64,000 nucleotides of DNA from Haliotis rubra (lineage: Eukaryota): positions 806,001 through 870,000 of the forward strand of contig NW_025766998.1 of the NCBI RefSeq assembly GCF_003918875.1, written 5' to 3'. The position numbers and the translations under genes were made by a program. The first letter of the stretch is position 1. Each line of letters opens with the position of its first letter. Below the pieces are notes generated by a model, which saw only the letters and a program-made list of their open reading frames with translations, made no database searches and was not told the DNA's origin. This document shows, one piece after another, positions 60,140 through 64,000 of this stretch.

Positions 60140-61998
60140 TATGAGTGAAATAATCTTGCTCCGAAAGTTAATCAAATCTTCTCAGTTGTAAAATGTAAAG
60201 TGACTGTTCTGGAAGTAAAAGATAACAAACATTGTGAAATTTCAGTTATTAATTTGCTTAGCATAATGCATTGACTGTGCTATCCCATGCTACAAAGTTT
60301 AATCATACTTATTTCTGCAACGTTTTTGTTTGTCACAGTGACCAACATTGCCTATTGATTGAAAAAAATGGTAAACTAGAACACAAAATAACTTATGCAT
60401 TCCCTTTGATGATGTCTCATGTGATACCATAGAACGTTTAAAAGTAGGATTAGCTAAAAAGATAGTCAGAAATATCATTTATGCGAATTATTATCAATGA
60501 TTATCAATTCAAAAATTGTGCCCTCAATAATGTATTACATACTATGTTGTGATGAAATAAAGTTGTATTTACACCCGTTTACACAAAGCTATTCTTTATT
60601 CATGGGGTGCTTCTACATAGGTTCAAAACACTGTTTTCCTTAGTGGTCTGTAGCAGGACATATGTTGATTTCTTTTGACGTTTGGGTCATTTTTGTTCAG
60701 CTTCTTCTCTGATATTTATCATGTTTATCCATAATTGATCAATATTTAGGTAACAGTTATTGAACTCTTTGATCTATATTCATAGCTTACACTAATTAGA
60801 AGTAAGTTTCCACATTACCAAAATATGTACTGTCACCATGATGAAGGTTGACAGATCAAGTCCAAAAACTTTGCATACATTTCAGCAATTCTGTTTAAGC
60901 AGATGAAGCCTCATGATTTACCCATTGTTCATGACTTCACAAATAGAACGTTTAAGTCACTGGAATGATGCACTTGGTGTTGTTTGTCTGCATGGTTTGT
61001 CTAAATTGACAATGACATGTCTTACATCTTTGTTAATTTCCATTGTAAAAATAACAATGAGAAATATGCAGAATAACCTACTTAAATTTATTGTTTATTC
61101 TCTCATCAGTCTCAGTGGAGAATTTCAAAACACAGCCAGAACACATATACATGTATGTTCAATATGCTGTAGCTCTGTACGTAAATCATCTAATACTGCT
61201 GTTAAAACATACTGATGAATTTGCTCAACTTGGCATGCTAGGACTTGCAAGACATCCTTAGAAATAGAATATGTACATAACTGCCTCCATTGTCTAGTGA
61301 ATAGAGAGTGATATTGGAGAGATGGTCAGTGGTTCGATCTAGGACTGCATCATGCCAGGGATGCTACTTGTTGTCACCCAGCCTGGTACTCAGTTTTAAG
61401 GGGATAATGTAGTGTTGGGAATCGGAAACCAGATCCACTATCTATTATCGGAGGACTTGTGTTGAATGATTATTGATTATAATCAAAATATATACATTTT
61501 TAATGTAATCACCAATTGTAAGGGTTTTCCCCAGGTTTTTCTAATATGTTAATGAAAATATTCTGTTTATTTATACAACAAATATTTATCAGTATATCTC
61601 ATTACATTCACGATAGGTGCAAAATTCATTCATAGACAGGTTACAGTAATATTTACAGTAGTGATGAATACGAAACTATGAATGCAATGCACATAGCTTT
61701 ACGCTGTTGAGCGCATGTTTGTTTGTGAATATTCATCAAATTTAATGGTTAGTTTACTTCATTCAAGTGTGTTAAACTAAAACAACAAAATTTCGATTAA
61801 TCGAAAATATGTTTTTGCAATCGATAATTATTTTTAATCCTTCTTTCGATTGCTTTTCGATCATCGGAACACCACTAAGATAACGGGATACGTTATCTCG
61901 AGTCAGAGCACTGTGTCACAGTGGAGTATCCTTGATGAACTGCAGGATGGTATCCCGTGGTCTGTCTCAATGGAACCAGCATTCAATCAATCTAGTTT

Positions 61999-62155
61999 GG
62001 GCGCGGTAGGATAGCCTCGTGGTTAGAGCATTCACTCATCATGCTGAAGACCCAGGTTCAATGTCCCACATGGGTACATTGTGTGAAGCCCATTAGTGGT
62101 GTCCTCTGCCTTGATATTGCTGGAATATTGCTAAAAGCAGCATATAACTAAACTC
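61999..62155 (+). mobile_element. SINE family A, diverged
   Basis: A/B boxes, body and tail recognisable. Confidence 0.8.
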
Positions 62156-62981
62156 TCTTAAAACTAAACCCATTTCTGGTTTCCCGCTCGAACTGGAATA
62201 TTGGTAAAAAGTATGCCTAGTTCGAAAACAGTTCAAACCCACACATACATAATGATATATATTCACATCCCTATATACATAGTATACAGATATAAGTGCA
62301 ATAATCTTGACCGCAAGATTAAATTCAATTTCCCCTAAACTCACTTTAGGATATTTTAATTTATCCATACCATGCATGATGATGCCCCCAACCCCCAACT
62401 GCTATTTAAGAACTGGACAAGTACTTTTGTTGTTGTAAATCAGTTTGTACATAACATCATGTTATAATAATAGATGACAACATAATCGGGATAGTGATGT
62501 TGACCCATTAACAATATTATCAGATGGTAATGATATTTGATGAATATTTTTCGACCTTGATATGACCCTTGAACTTCATAAAACCTTTGTTTTTTATTAT
62601 TACTAGCTGTTGGTTCAGAAGGACAAGGGGTGAACTTTGGACAATTGCCACTGAAAAAGAACAAATAGCTTTGTCAGAGATACAGGACTTGTCATGTTAC
62701 ATGTCAGTCTAATGCTCTTCAGTTAATTCTTCTGAACTTGGGGTATTCAGTGTATAATCTTTGTTGTTTTTTGTCAATTTCAGGTATGTTCAATGGTTTG
62801 AAAGGTTATTTTGGCATCTTGCATTTTTGACATAAGCAGTGGTAGAACACTTGTTGAGTTTTTAAACAAAAATGGATATATGATAGGTTCTTTAATCTAC
62901 CATCTTAATACAAACTCAGTGTTGTCTAGTTTTTCTGTTGCAATAGTGAATATTTGTTTGAGAGGCATTCTAGAAGTTGGT

Positions 62982-63334
62982 GACCGCCTCCGTGGTGTAG
63001 TGGTTAGAGCGTCCGCCCGGAGAGCGGAAGGTCGCGGGTTCGATCCCCGACCGCGTCATACCAAAAGACGTTAAAATATGGTACTTGTTGTTCCCTGCCT
63101 GGTGCTCGGCATTAATGGGTAGAACAAGGACTGGTCGGCTCGGAGTCAGTATAATGTGTCTGAGTGGGGTATTCATGCTTCACTGTGGCATGGTATCTCA
63201 GTGGGCTAGCACTATAAAACCAGCTTCAGTCTGGGCTTGTACAAGCAGCCGCACATACACATACACATGCATGCACATCGTCATATGAGCGAAATATTCT
63301 CAAGCACTACGTTAAACCCAATTTTCACCTCACC
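62982..63334 (+). mobile_element. SINE family C
   Basis: A box TGGTGTAGTGG, B box GGTTCGATCCC; 14-bp TSD TTCTAGAAGTTGGT. Confidence 0.88.
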
Positions 63335-63345
63335 TTCTAGAAGTT

Positions 63346-63409
63346 GGTGTCCCCCGCCGTGATATTGCTGGAATATTGCTAAAACGGCGTAAAAACCATA
63401 CTCAGTCAG
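63346..63409 (+). mobile_element. SINE family A tail fragment
   Basis: GGTGTCCCCCGCCGTGATATTGCTGGAATATTGCTAAAA..(AGTC)n. Confidence 0.8.
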
Positions 63410-63428
63410 TCTAGAAGTTAGTGGTATA

Positions 63429-63544
63429 GAGATGACAAGACTTTATGGATGATCCACTTCTTTATTTTGACGATGGCGACATTTGGGTATAGATTCTTAT
63501 ACTTGAAAAAAGTAAGTTGATCATCCATGAAGTCTTGTCATCTC
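63429..63544. repeat. 116-bp foldback (31-bp inverted arms)
   Basis: GAGATGACAAGACTTTATGGATGATCCACTT / AAGTTGATCATCCATGAAGTCTTGTCATCTC. Confidence 0.85.
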
Positions 63545-63633
63545 AACAGTGAATATGACTGACTGACAGTATTGATCGTGTTGATAAATAGGTGGTTTGT
63601 AATCATTTGATAATGTAGTTGCACTTTGATTAA

Positions 63634-63777
<144 letters not shown>

Positions 63778-64000
63778 TGAGGGCACTCTTGTCTGCTGTG
63801 ATAATCAGATTAAGATGCACAATTATGTTTGTTTGACTGAGACAAGCAAGTTACAGGCAAAAATGTTCTCGAGCCCACTGAACATGTGAAAAACAGTGAC
63901 TTCCTACTTGTCCAGCAGTTGGCAAACCCAGCAGCAGGGGCTGTCTAGAAAATATTTGCAATTGATTTAAGGTGATTCAGAATATACAACAAACACATGT

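Noticed and set aside
61658-61877. Possible TAGTG-terminated hAT-like MITE
   Set aside because: TIR too short and degenerate, and no TSD.

Overview
Eukaryotic (animal) genomic DNA, AT-rich and intron-containing; the repeat content suggests a mollusc, possibly a gastropod such as abalone (from recall, not verified). Four host genes are recognisable, all on the + strand and all from the ubiquitin system. They are an OTULIN-family deubiquitinase with a ~495-aa extra N-terminus and a +1 frameshift (11144-15993), a 6-coding-exon SIAH/Sina RING E3 ligase (30830-37824), an intronless ankyrin-repeat/SOCS-box gene (53011-53793) and the first coding exon of SKP1 (63667-63763). A full-length 7054-bp Academ-type DNA transposon with perfect TIRs and a 3-bp TSD occupies 1826-8879. 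The rest is dense in SINEs (at least 3 families with related 3' tails), MITEs with 2/5/6/7/8-bp TSDs, a decayed LINE fragment and minisatellites. The most striking structure is a ~2.3-kb SIAH intron made almost entirely of ~90 tandem 25-bp copies of the gene's own exon end plus 5' splice site. Indel-type assembly error cannot be excluded for the frameshifts seen.
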